A DNA stretch of 64,000 bases from Acidimicrobiia bacterium (GCA_036396535.1 DASWKR010000058.1:5411-69410); one strand, 5' to 3'. Shown: positions 53,001-61,134, counted from the first letter of the stretch. Notes: a model not told the origin generated them from the sequence alone. A program made the numbers and translations.

Positions 53001-53831
53001 CGGCCTGCTGAGGGTCGGCCTTCGCCTCACTCGCGGTGGCAGGTGAGGGCCGACGAACACGTGGTCCCTGCCGAGCTGCGGCGGCGCCTCGTCGCCCGCC
53101 GAGGCGTAGATGCCGGCGGTGGTGGCCAGGATCTCGTTGACTCGACGGAGGTCACGCCTCGCTCGCATCATCCCGGCGACGCCGGACGGGGTGATCGGAG
53201 TCCCACGGGCTGGCGTGATGACGAGACCCGACCGGCTCAGCACCGCTTCGAACCCTCCCGGAACGGCGAGTCGGGGGACGGACATCGGCAGCGAAGCCCG
53301 AGTCGCCCGCGGGGTGGCGAGCGGGTGTACCACCATGGGGAGCCTGCCCATGGCGGCGAGCACGTCGGCGACGGTGAAGGGGATCTCGTCGCCTTCCGGG
53401 AGGGCGAACACGAGCCGGGAGCGCTTGGCGGGGATGGCGAGCTCCGGCTGCGAGGGAGCCGTGTCGTTGGGCTCGGGAGGTTGGGGGGCGTCCGGGATGG
53501 CGCCGCCGGGGGAATCGGAGCGGTCGGGAGGAGCGGTCTCCCCCGCCTCCACGTCGTAGACGGCCCGCTCGCCGAGGTGCTGGTAGGCCAGCTCGAAGAC
53601 GAGACGGGCACCGTCGCCGGTCGGCCGGATCGCCGGGCTGTCCCCAGTGACGAGCTCGACGCCGTATCCCGAGACCGTGAAGGCGGCGAGGTCCTCGGCC
53701 CTGGCGATGTCGACGACGAGATCGGGGACCGGATCGGGCGGCGTCATCGGCCCGAAGACGTGACGCCATGCTGCGCCGAAACGCAGATCGTCTACGCGAC
53801 CGCGGCGGCGGTCGACCATGGGTCCTCCCAT
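50058..53831 (-). CDS. giant hypothetical protein (1257 aa), no recognisable domain; first gene of a coupled pair
   Basis: ATG 53831 has GGGAG 4 nt upstream. The N-terminal third is Pro/Ala-rich. A long Ala/Glu/Gln/Leu-rich helical segment (ERLEQVVQDAVDEAIAEVERAQAKVVDGVGQELVDAAEQARAQVEALQQL...) is followed by a Gly-rich beta-like C-terminal region (FIGGGGWCMLRL, GVASGSVSAMLGIYMRLEG). There is no signal peptide, TM segment or Walker A motif. Confidence 0.8.
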   Translation of the reverse strand: MGGPMVDRRRGRVDDLRFGAAWRHVFGPMTPPDPVPDLVVDIARAEDLAAFTVSGYGVELVTGDSPAIRPTGDGARLVFELAYQHLGERAVYDVEAGETAPPDRSDSPGGAIPDAPQPPEPNDTAPSQPELAIPAKRSRLVFALPEGDEIPFTVADVLAAMGRLPMVVHPLATPRATRASLPMSVPRLAVPGGFEAVLSRSGLVITPARGTPITPSGVAGMMRARRDLRRVNEILATTAGIYASAGDEAPPQLGRDHVFVGPHLPPRVRRRPTLSRPPEPLETAIEAPFRLQISPSEQGGWAHSTGPVRDPDSPHRVELWHSRLGVREDGATGAVDEGAAGQRIIRAIWARDREAMPDWEQRRDAVHANFPFRMSLDPDDRHILVRQSAETWLDSKNSPISPEPVDVNSLYVSSLGAWLDVHGLWDTDPYTSWEEGDPSSAMAAILSWDHIAPMGRDQYVRVTYPGYLYPVGPKATLVKLTERKMKKAAPSLAALYQKKFLIVNEPVVRFDDTRFPFREVRLAPLVTPTLFPDPGAGQNKHFFPMVANQRFHFVLHCTDWEGRKVRLRAQLMWVSDSYHDYADIDGTYATDPARFVAASGQDVAYAEPTKSGDTTVPTNQIQLGGAARNHGSNPKLVDAVVELPAVQQLSAVGPVTIKYPDAFTGFGGGNVGEVWAEVKDAGKELAFGGNGAGSDKAGGFIQPNLKIGGLSRVKGVIGDPVQAALGAFDPTDILASIALPKLFGIVELTDILEAVGLDGAPSVVSEALDRIESFMLDLERLEQVVQDAVDEAIAEVERAQAKVVDGVGQELVDAAEQARAQVEALQQLVAGNPPGSGAAGAVIAAIESLTASSEIADVIDALDQPTTDLSAAAAQIKTVAPLLPPLVRQQLLSMAAVLDELATAVDLFEDVLAFVKGFATSGIQATYRFEWKPEMKSWPSNATPILQLEKDSFVLAVEGRAAGNDGMKVDVLAELRDFELLLLPDEPLVRFRFDHISFHAGSSGKPEVDVVLQDIEFLGILGFIERLKDLIPFDGFSDPPYLDVSAEGITAGFTLALPSVAVGVFNLSNISLGADVRVPFLGEAVTVGFNFCTRERPFTLAVLFIGGGGWCMLRLSPDGLDLLEVGLEAGAVLSVDFGVASGSVSAMLGIYMRLEGDGGSLAGYFRLRGEVDVLGLISASIELYLELLYDFATGKMVGSASLTVKVEVFMFSMSVTIRTERRFAGSNGDPDFVDVMGLEADGSSPAWSEYCLAFAGA

Positions 53832-53850
53832 GCTCCCGCCGCACGCACAG

Positions 53851-53867
53851 CCATGGCCACCGGCGGT
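53851..53867. promoter_or_regulatory. perfect palindrome GGCCACCG-G-CGGTGGCC, 20-36 nt upstream of the giant-gene start codon; candidate operator
   Basis: Read directly from the sequence; it lies in the 100-bp gap between the DUF2905 gene and giant gene B. Confidence 0.3.
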
Positions 53868-53933
53868 GGCCCGTGTCCAGTTCTAGCGAATCGAGATGCC
53901 CCGTGGGGAGGTTTCTCCGACGACCGCCGAAGC

Positions 53934-54155
53934 TCAGCCTCGGAACCGTGCGATGACGGCGAGAAGCACGGTGAGCCCGATGCTCGTCAGGATCATCGAC
54001 GTGACCGGGATGTAGACCCGCGTCGTGTCACGTTCGATGCGGATGTCGCCCGGGAGCCGTCCGAACCACGAGACGAGCCACGGGGCGAACCTGAGCACCA
54101 CACCGGCGGCAACGACGACGATCCCGATGGCGACGAGCGTGTTCCCGAGCCGCAT
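53934..54155 (-). CDS. DUF2905-family small membrane protein (73 aa, two TM)
   Basis: MRLGNTLVAIGIVVVAAGVVLRFAPWLVSWFGRLPGDIRIERDTTRVYIPVTSMILTSIGLTVLLAVIARF matches the conserved DUF2905 pattern (GRLPGD...Y.P). Confidence 0.6.
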   Translation of the reverse strand: MRLGNTLVAIGIVVVAAGVVLRFAPWLVSWFGRLPGDIRIERDTTRVYIPVTSMILTSIGLTVLLAVIARFRG

Positions 54156-54202
54156 AGCAATGAATCATGCATGCCGGCCCGGCGCGCCGCGCCGTGGCGA
54201 GG

Positions 54203-56653
54203 TCACACTTTGAGGCGCTCGTTCCCCGGGTCGTACAGGGGACCGGCGACCACCGTCCCGGCGAACCGCCTGCCCGTGTACTGAACCGTCAGCCGGGTGC
54301 CCGGCTCGGCGTGGCTCGGGCCGACGAAGGCGTGGGCGATGAAGGCCCCCACCGTGTACCCGTACTCGCCTCCCGCCACCCTGCCGACCACCTCGTCGTC
54401 GTCGAGGACCGGCTCCCATCCGTACATGAGCGCTTCCGGTTCGTCGAAGCGAAGGGTCACGAGTTGTGAGGCGAGGCCCGCCTGGCGGGCGTCGATCGCC
54501 GCCTGCCTCCCGACGAAGTCCTTGTCCGGTGCGAGGGTCCATCCCATCCCGGCCTCGAACGGGTTGATCTCGGGAGTCAGGTCCGATCCGGTCAGGCGAT
54601 AGCCCTTCTCGATCCGCAGCGAGAACACAGAGGCGATGCCGACGGGGGTCATGTCGACGTGGCGACCCGCCTCCCAGAGCGTGTCCCACAGGTGGAGGCC
54701 GAAGCCGACGGGGGCGTAGATCTCCCAGCCGAGCTCGCCGACGTACGAGATGCGCATGGCGATCGCCGGCGCCATGCCGACCCCGATCGGCCTCGCCGAG
54801 TACCAGGGGAAGGCGTCGCTGTCGAGGTCGGCGGTCGTCACACGCTCCAGGACCTGGCGTGCCCGCGGGCCCCACAGCCCCACCGCGACGTGCTCTTCGG
54901 TACGGTCGACGATCGTCACTGATCCGTCCGGCGGCGCCAGCGAACGGTAGTAGGCCAGCTCGGCCGGGAGGTTGCTCCGGCCGGTGAGCAACCAGAAACG
55001 GTCCTCGGAGAGCCGGGTGATCGTCACGTCGCGCCTCACCGTGCCACGAGGCGTCAAGACGAGGGTGTAGACCATCGACCCGACCGGCCTGTCGACGTCG
55101 TTGGTGCACAGGTATTGGAGATAGCCGAGGGCCCCGGGTCCGGAGACTTCGACGGGTCCGATGGCGGCCGACCAGTCCACGAGCCCGACGTTGTCACGGA
55201 TGGCGAGGTGCTCAGCACCAATCAGCGGGCTCCACGCGGTGGCGTCGTACCCGGAGCGGGGCGGGATCCGGCCTTCGTAGCGGGCTACCAGGGGCTCGTT
55301 GCCGCGGTAGAGCCACGGGGTCTCGATTCCCGCCAGGGGAACGAGCTCGGCGCCGAGCGCTTCGAGCCGAGCGTGATAGGGCGACAGGCGCAGGTTGCGG
55401 ACGTCGGAGGCCACCTGGTTCGGGTGGAGGATGTCGAAACCGATCTCGTAGAAGTACTTGCTCTGTCTGCTGAGGAAGGTGTGGTTCGACTGGTGGGCGT
55501 GGAATCGGTTCACGTCGGCAGGGGTGACATCGAAGCCGGGGTCGCCTTCGGTCATCCACCTCGCCATCACCCGCCCCACCTCCGAGGCGAACGACAGCCA
55601 CGCCCCGACGGCGGTCCACAGCCCGGCGACGAGTGCCGACTCGCCCATGATCGGGTAGTGGTCGGCGGTGAAGGCGAACATCCCGTTGAAGCCGCGCGAG
55701 ATCGTCGCTCCGGCGAGAGACGGCATGTGGTACTGCATCAGACGCCACGCCTCGGCGAAGTCGTCGGGCGTGAATGGACGCTCGGACGACTCCCCGAGGT
55801 CGGAAGGCTCGACGAGGCGAGCCGGATGGTGATAGCTGCCGATGCCGAGGTGGTCGTGGTATTGGCGGAAGTACACAGAGATGTCGTCCATGGCGACGAT
55901 CGGCATGGTGTTCTCCACGTGCATGCGGTCGGCGAGCGCCGCGATCGAGTCGGTGAAGGCGAACTGGTGCTCGCCCGGGAACAGCGGCATCGGGACGCCG
56001 AGCTTGCCGGCCAGGATCGGTGCCCAGATGTTCGAGCAGAGGACGACGCGTTCGCACTCGATGCGCGGCATCTCCGGGTTGCCGGTGAGGACGCCGGTGA
56101 CCCTGGCGCTCTCCGCCAGGATCTCCGTGACCTCGGTATCGCGGTACCACCTCGCCCTCCCCGTCGCCTCGGCGACGCGCCGCATCGCCGTGGCGATCCG
56201 AGACGTGTTCACGGTGCCTGCGCTCGGCACCAGCATGCCGCCGACGATCGTCGCCGGGTCGATCAACGGAACGTGCCCGCAGACCTCGTCCGGCGTCAGC
56301 AGCTCGGCCGCCTCGCCCAGCGCCATCCCCCGCTCCTGGATCCGTAGGTAGCTCTCGAGCCGCTCCTGGGTCGACGCCACCTGCATGAGCCCGGTCCTGA
56401 AGAACTGCTCCTCGCCGTCGACGGCGAGGGGCAAGGCGTCGTACACCCGGCGCGAGGCGGCTCCGAGCTTCGTGAAGAACGGCGAGATCGTCAGGGTCCG
56501 CAGCCCACCGGGGGCGTGCGAGGTGGAGCCGTCGTTGTGGTCGAGGTCGCCCTTGTCGAGGACGACGACACCGTCGACACCACTGTCCGCCAGGTGAAAG
56601 GCGACGCTCGTGCCGACGACGCCGGCGCCGATGACTACGGTGTCGGCTTGCAT
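54203..56653 (-). CDS. dimethylglycine/sarcosine dehydrogenase family protein (FAD oxidoreductase fused to GcvT-like aminomethyltransferase folate-binding domain)
   Basis: From ATG 56653 (MQADTVVIGAGVVGTSVAFHLA, an FAD Rossmann GxGxxG), the product is 816 aa. Its C-terminal half has GcvT-like motifs. The track's 126-aa upstream extension is Pro/Arg-rich junk. Confidence 0.85.
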   Translation of the reverse strand: MQADTVVIGAGVVGTSVAFHLADSGVDGVVVLDKGDLDHNDGSTSHAPGGLRTLTISPFFTKLGAASRRVYDALPLAVDGEEQFFRTGLMQVASTQERLESYLRIQERGMALGEAAELLTPDEVCGHVPLIDPATIVGGMLVPSAGTVNTSRIATAMRRVAEATGRARWYRDTEVTEILAESARVTGVLTGNPEMPRIECERVVLCSNIWAPILAGKLGVPMPLFPGEHQFAFTDSIAALADRMHVENTMPIVAMDDISVYFRQYHDHLGIGSYHHPARLVEPSDLGESSERPFTPDDFAEAWRLMQYHMPSLAGATISRGFNGMFAFTADHYPIMGESALVAGLWTAVGAWLSFASEVGRVMARWMTEGDPGFDVTPADVNRFHAHQSNHTFLSRQSKYFYEIGFDILHPNQVASDVRNLRLSPYHARLEALGAELVPLAGIETPWLYRGNEPLVARYEGRIPPRSGYDATAWSPLIGAEHLAIRDNVGLVDWSAAIGPVEVSGPGALGYLQYLCTNDVDRPVGSMVYTLVLTPRGTVRRDVTITRLSEDRFWLLTGRSNLPAELAYYRSLAPPDGSVTIVDRTEEHVAVGLWGPRARQVLERVTTADLDSDAFPWYSARPIGVGMAPAIAMRISYVGELGWEIYAPVGFGLHLWDTLWEAGRHVDMTPVGIASVFSLRIEKGYRLTGSDLTPEINPFEAGMGWTLAPDKDFVGRQAAIDARQAGLASQLVTLRFDEPEALMYGWEPVLDDDEVVGRVAGGEYGYTVGAFIAHAFVGPSHAEPGTRLTVQYTGRRFAGTVVAGPLYDPGNERLKV

Positions 56654-56723
56654 GATGTCACCCCACAGTCCTCGGGGCCGACACTGTACGGCGTCGACGC
56701 CATCGTTCGGATCGCCCGACTTT

Positions 56724-56779
56724 CTTGACCGGCCGGGGGGCCCTCGGTATCGTATATTGTGTACGAAAGCCGTTTTCGT
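56724..56779 (+). promoter_or_regulatory. putative sigma-70-type promoter (TTGACC-17-TATCGT) followed by palindrome ACGAAAgccgTTTTCGT (56763-56779) upstream of the sugar ABC operon
   Basis: A locally AT-richer stretch in an otherwise GC-rich intergenic region has hexamer spacing of 17 nt. The inverted repeat sits just downstream of the -10 element, an operator-like position. Confidence 0.3.
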
Positions 56780-56846
56780 CGTGCTATAAGGCCGCGGTTC
56801 CCCCTGCCCGGGCTTTGCGGGAGTGGAGCCGGGAGGAGGAGCTCTT

Positions 56847-58202
56847 GTGTCGATGATCACACGTGCAACGACCCGACCGAGATCACCCGGGAGGGCACGA
56901 AGGCGGGGTCTGGCGCTGCTGCTGGCAGTCGGCCTCGTGTTCGCAGCCTGCGGGGGCGATGGTGATTCCACGACCACGGCTGCGCCCGGTGGCGACACGA
57001 CGGCTGCGCCGGGCGAGGAGATGACGCTCACCGTGTGGGCCTCTCGCGAGTACTACGTCCCGCCAGACCAGTTCGCCAGTTTCACGGCCGAGCACCCGAA
57101 CGTGACGGTCGAGTTCCAGATCCAGTCGAACGACGACATGCTCCAGCAGCTGTTGCGGATGCGCGACGCAGGTCAGCAGCTTCCGGACGTGCTCGGCGCC
57201 GAGGATGCGTTCCTCATCGAGGCATTCGTCGACGCCGGCCTGATCGAATCCCACGACGAGATCGCGGCCGACTGGCAGGCCGAGGACCCGGAGCAGTACG
57301 ACCTGCTCCTGCCGCTCGCCTGGGACGAGACGAGTCTCGACGGCGTCAAATACGGGTTGTCGGTCACGGCCAACTTCGATGTCCTCTACTACAACAGCCC
57401 TTGGTTCGAGGAGGCTGGCCTGACGCCTCCGTTCGAGACCCTCGACGACGTCCTGGAGGCGATGCGGGCCCTGAAGGCGGCACGACCGGACGGAATCCCG
57501 CTGACGGTCCAGGCACAAGCCGGTGAGGGAGTCACGACGCTCAAGACGATGCTCAGCGCGGCGGGCGCACCCTTCGAGGGTGCCGTGCCCGATCTGACGT
57601 CTGATGCAGGCGTGTACGTCCTCGACTGGTTCATCCAGGCCTCCAACGAGGGTCTGCTTCCCGAGGAGGCGATCGCCTGGGGTGAGGACCTGTCGAGGGC
57701 TGCCTTCGTGTCGGGAGATGCCGGGCTGATCCTCGACGGCTTCACCACCGCCGGCGACTTCAACGAGGCTCCGGACTTCGACTACCCCGACCAGTGGAAC
57801 ATCACGCAAGTGCCGACGGCGACCGGGACCGGCTCCGAGGGTGAGGCCATCTCGTCTGCGAGGACCTGGGCGGTCCTTGCAGGTTCGGAACACCCGGACG
57901 AGGCGGCGCTCATCCTCAGGTACATCTCGGAGACCGAGAATTTGGTCGCCGCGGTGTTCGAGGGTTCGGTGCCGATGCGCCAGACCGAGGCGATCAACGA
58001 TCCGTCGCTCGCCGAGTACTGGCCGTTCTTCACCGAGGAGCTCAAGCAGGTGTACCTCGACAGCGCTCCGGTGCCGGCCGGGCCCAACGCAGGCTCGGTC
58101 GAGGAGATCCTCGAGCAGCTGTTCGGCGAGATCGTCGTCGGAACCGACATGACCGGTGCGGAGCTCGCAGCCAAGTACCAGCCGCAGCTCGACGAAGCCT
58201 GA
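56847..58202 (+). CDS. ABC transporter substrate-binding lipoprotein, family 1 (carbohydrate type)
   Basis: GTG 56847 has GGAGGAGGAG 6 nt upstream. The signal and lipobox read ...GLALLLAVGLVFAACGGDGD. The body is a MalE-like SBP_bac_1. Confidence 0.8.
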   Translation: MSMITRATTRPRSPGRARRRGLALLLAVGLVFAACGGDGDSTTTAAPGGDTTAAPGEEMTLTVWASREYYVPPDQFASFTAEHPNVTVEFQIQSNDDMLQQLLRMRDAGQQLPDVLGAEDAFLIEAFVDAGLIESHDEIAADWQAEDPEQYDLLLPLAWDETSLDGVKYGLSVTANFDVLYYNSPWFEEAGLTPPFETLDDVLEAMRALKAARPDGIPLTVQAQAGEGVTTLKTMLSAAGAPFEGAVPDLTSDAGVYVLDWFIQASNEGLLPEEAIAWGEDLSRAAFVSGDAGLILDGFTTAGDFNEAPDFDYPDQWNITQVPTATGTGSEGEAISSARTWAVLAGSEHPDEAALILRYISETENLVAAVFEGSVPMRQTEAINDPSLAEYWPFFTEELKQVYLDSAPVPAGPNAGSVEEILEQLFGEIVVGTDMTGAELAAKYQPQLDEA

Positions 58203-58245
58203 GGCGACTTGGCGCGCAGTTTCGACGAGCACCGACTGTGACCGG

Positions 58246-58283
58246 GTGCACCCGCGACGCCATTCGAGGGGTCGCGGGTGCAC
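58246..58283 (+). promoter_or_regulatory. perfect 13-bp-stem hairpin (gtgcacccgcgac / gtcgcgggtgcac, 12-nt loop) in the SBP-permease intercistronic region
   Basis: The inverted repeat was read directly. Its position mirrors the malE-malF-type intercistronic stabiliser or attenuator hairpins of sugar ABC operons. Confidence 0.5.
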
Positions 58284-58314
58284 TCGCGTTGCGATTCGTG
58301 ACCGGTCGCGCTAG

Positions 58315-59256
58315 ATGACCGGCCGCCTCTCTGCCCCGACGCGCAAGGAGCGCAGGGCCGCCGCCGAGAGCGCCCGCGACACGGCGATGATCGGCCACAG
58401 CAAGGCGACGCCGTATCTCTTCAGCCTCCCGGCGATCATCGGGGTGGCCGCCATCCTCGGCTTCCCGGTGCTCTACGGCATCTGGGAGAGCTTCTACCGG
58501 CCGGACAGCCTCGGTGCGCCGAAGGAGTACGTCGGGTTCGACAACTACGTCGAGATGGTGCGTTCCCCCGACTTCTGGCACTCACTCAACCGCACCGCTG
58601 TCTTCGTCTTCGGCAGCCTCATCGTCGGCACCGCCCTCGGGCTGTTCTTCGCATTCGCCCTGTTCCGGGTGGTCGGCAAGCTGCGATTCCTGCGGGCGGT
58701 CACTGTGGCGCCGTACATCATCTCGAACGTCGCCGCCGTCGTCATGTTTCGCATCCTCTTCAACACCCAGTTCGGATTGATCAACCGCACGATCGAGTTC
58801 TTCGGTCTCGATGGCCTCGGGTGGCTCTCCGATCCCGGTCTGGCGATGGTCGTCGTCGTCCTGGCGCAGGTGTGGACCGACCTGCCGCTCACGATCCTCA
58901 TCCTCCTCGGCGGCTTGATGACCGTCGACAGGTCCCTGCTGGACGCAGCCTTGGTGGACGGGGCGAGCGGCTGGAAGCGCGCTCGATTCCTCACCATCCC
59001 CCTCCTGACGCCCCAGCTCGTGATCAGCACCGTTTGGCTGAGCTACTCGACGCTCACGGGACTCGGAGTCGTGCTCGCCATGACCGGGGGCGGTCCGTTG
59101 AAGGCGACCCAGACGCTGGCGATGGAGATGTACACCGTGGCGTTCCGCAGGCTCCAGTTCAATCAGGCGCTGGCGATCGCGACGTTCATCCTGCTGCTCA
59201 ACGCGGTGCTCACGCTCGTATACGTGCGTGTCGCCAGGAAGTACGAATACGAATGA
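58315..59256 (+). CDS. carbohydrate ABC transporter permease (MalF/UgpA-like)
   Basis: The 313 aa product has 6 TMs and an EAA-loop region. Confidence 0.85.
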   Translation: MTGRLSAPTRKERRAAAESARDTAMIGHSKATPYLFSLPAIIGVAAILGFPVLYGIWESFYRPDSLGAPKEYVGFDNYVEMVRSPDFWHSLNRTAVFVFGSLIVGTALGLFFAFALFRVVGKLRFLRAVTVAPYIISNVAAVVMFRILFNTQFGLINRTIEFFGLDGLGWLSDPGLAMVVVVLAQVWTDLPLTILILLGGLMTVDRSLLDAALVDGASGWKRARFLTIPLLTPQLVISTVWLSYSTLTGLGVVLAMTGGGPLKATQTLAMEMYTVAFRRLQFNQALAIATFILLLNAVLTLVYVRVARKYEYE

Positions 59257-60185
59257 CGTCGGAGTACAGGCCCGAGGACGAGGCGCCGCTGGCCGCCGAG
59301 ACGGCGGCGGCTGCCGAGGCGGTGATCGGGCCGCCCCCCGCCGGCCGCCCCGCCATGACGCTGCGACGCGGGCTGCGCCAAGCCCTCCTGATCTTGCCGC
59401 TCGTCCTGCTCGTCGTGTGGACCGTGATGCCCTTCATCGTCACGCTCTCGGTGTCGTTCAAGCACCGCGCCCAGGTCTTCGCCGACCCTTCGATCATCCC
59501 CGACCTTCCGACGCTCACCGCCTACAAGGAGGTGCTGGGCAGCGAGAGCTTCACGACCTCGTTCGTCAACAGCGTGGTCGTCGGGGCAGGTACGACCGCG
59601 CTGACACTCATCGTCGGGGTGCCGGCTGCATACGCCTTCGCCAGGTTCCGGTTCCGGGGAAGGCACTTTCTCCTGCTCTTCGCACTGCTGCCCCGCCTCG
59701 TCCCGAGCCTCGGCCTGATGGTCCCGATCTACCGGCTGGCGGTGGCGGCGGGTCTCCTGGACAAACGGATCACGCTGATCATCGTCTACACCGGGATGCT
59801 CCTGCCCCTCGCGGTGTGGCTGATGCTCGGCTTCTTCCAGCAGATACCGAAGTCGATCGAGGAGGCGGCCAGCGTCGACGGCGCCACCCTATGGGGGAGG
59901 CTGCGGTACATCGTCGCGCCGCTGGCGGCCCCCGCGATGATCACGGTCGGGGTGCTCGCCTTCCGGGAGGCTTGGAACGAGTTCACGCTGGTGCTGGTGC
60001 TGACCACGTCACCGGGCAACAGGACGCTCCCGTACGAGCTCTACCAGATGCAGGGCATCGAGGGACTGGCGAACTTCCCGGGAGAGGCTGCCTTCGCAAT
60101 GTTGACCGTCGTACCGTTCGTGCTCGTCTACTCGAGGGTCGAGCGGTACGTGGTCGCCGGGCTCGTGACCGGTTCCGGGAAGTGA
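59253..60185 (+). CDS. carbohydrate ABC transporter permease (MalG/UgpE-like)
   Basis: ATG 59253 overlaps the upstream stop (ATGA). The product is MTSEYRPEDE... with 6 TMs. The track's 144-aa upstream extension lies in another gene's frame region and was rejected. Confidence 0.85.
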   Translation: MTSEYRPEDEAPLAAETAAAAEAVIGPPPAGRPAMTLRRGLRQALLILPLVLLVVWTVMPFIVTLSVSFKHRAQVFADPSIIPDLPTLTAYKEVLGSESFTTSFVNSVVVGAGTTALTLIVGVPAAYAFARFRFRGRHFLLLFALLPRLVPSLGLMVPIYRLAVAAGLLDKRITLIIVYTGMLLPLAVWLMLGFFQQIPKSIEEAASVDGATLWGRLRYIVAPLAAPAMITVGVLAFREAWNEFTLVLVLTTSPGNRTLPYELYQMQGIEGLANFPGEAAFAMLTVVPFVLVYSRVERYVVAGLVTGSGK

Positions 60186-60204
60186 CCCGGTCTCGAGGCA
60201 ACCC

Positions 60205-61134
60205 GTGACCAAGGCCGTCGTGCCCGAGTATCTGCCTGCCGAGCAGTTGGCGCGCCTATCCGGCGCATTCGAGGTGGTCTACGACCCGGACCTCCATGCC
60301 GACCGCGCCGCCCTCCTCGCCGAGCTCGCCGGGGCCGAGGCGGTGTTGATCCGGAACCGGACCCGCATCGACTCGGAGCTGCTGGCGTCGGCGGCACGCC
60401 TGCGGATCGTCGGACGCCTCGGCGTGGGGCTCGACAACATCGACCTGACGGCGTGCTCGAAGGCCGGCGTCGCCGTCATCCCGGCGATCGGCGTCAACGC
60501 CGTCTCGGTCGCCGAGTACGTGATGGGCGCCATGCTCGTCCTGGTTCGGGGCGTCTTCTCGATGACCGCCGCGATGGTGGCGGGCGAGTGGCCCCGCCAG
60601 GGACACGCCTTCGGCCGGGAGCTGCGCGGCAAGACACTCGGCCTCGTCGGATTCGGTGCGATCGCCCGGCACGTCGCCGAGCGGGCCGCCGCCTTCGAGA
60701 TGAGGGTGATGGCCTTCGACCCCGGCGTCCCGGCCGGTGATCCGGCGTGGCGATCTGCCGAGCGGGTGGATCTCGACCAACTCGTCGCCGACGCCGACGT
60801 CATCAGCCTCCACACTCCGCTCACGGATGAGACGAGGAACCTCATCGGCCCGTCCATGATCGAGAAGATGAGACCAGGCACCGTCCTGATCAACACCGCG
60901 CGCGGCGGCATCGTCGACGAAGACGCCCTGGCGAGAGCCCTCAGGGATCGGAGGCTCGGCGGGGCGGCGATCGACGTGTTCGCATCGGAGCCGCTGCGGG
61001 GCGAAGACGCCGCCAGGTTCGCCGGGATCGACAACCTCATCCTGTCACCGCACCTCGCAGGCAACTCGCACGAGGCCGTGGACGAAGTGGCCGACATGAT
61101 CGTCGACGCGGTGATCGGCGCCCTGCAGCCATGA
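60205..61134 (+). CDS. D-isomer-specific 2-hydroxyacid dehydrogenase (PGDH/GHPR-like)
   Basis: The NAD motif is GLVGFGAIARHVA, and the catalytic R/E/H triad context is NTARGGIVDE...SPHLAGNS. It starts at GTG. Confidence 0.85.
   Translation: MTKAVVPEYLPAEQLARLSGAFEVVYDPDLHADRAALLAELAGAEAVLIRNRTRIDSELLASAARLRIVGRLGVGLDNIDLTACSKAGVAVIPAIGVNAVSVAEYVMGAMLVLVRGVFSMTAAMVAGEWPRQGHAFGRELRGKTLGLVGFGAIARHVAERAAAFEMRVMAFDPGVPAGDPAWRSAERVDLDQLVADADVISLHTPLTDETRNLIGPSMIEKMRPGTVLINTARGGIVDEDALARALRDRRLGGAAIDVFASEPLRGEDAARFAGIDNLILSPHLAGNSHEAVDEVADMIVDAVIGALQP

Noticed and set aside
52522-53611. DPPY tetrapeptide in giant gene B (KDLIPFDGFSDPPYLD) as a possible N6-adenine methyltransferase motif IV
   Set aside because: There is no upstream FxGxG-type SAM motif I and no methyltransferase-like motif order, so it was judged coincidental.
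50049-54284. 1411-aa plus-strand ORF opposite giant gene B
   Set aside because: Its composition is RRRR/DGE/H-rich with no K, F, Y, N or I diversity, whereas the minus-strand frame reads like real protein. It was treated as an antisense artefact.
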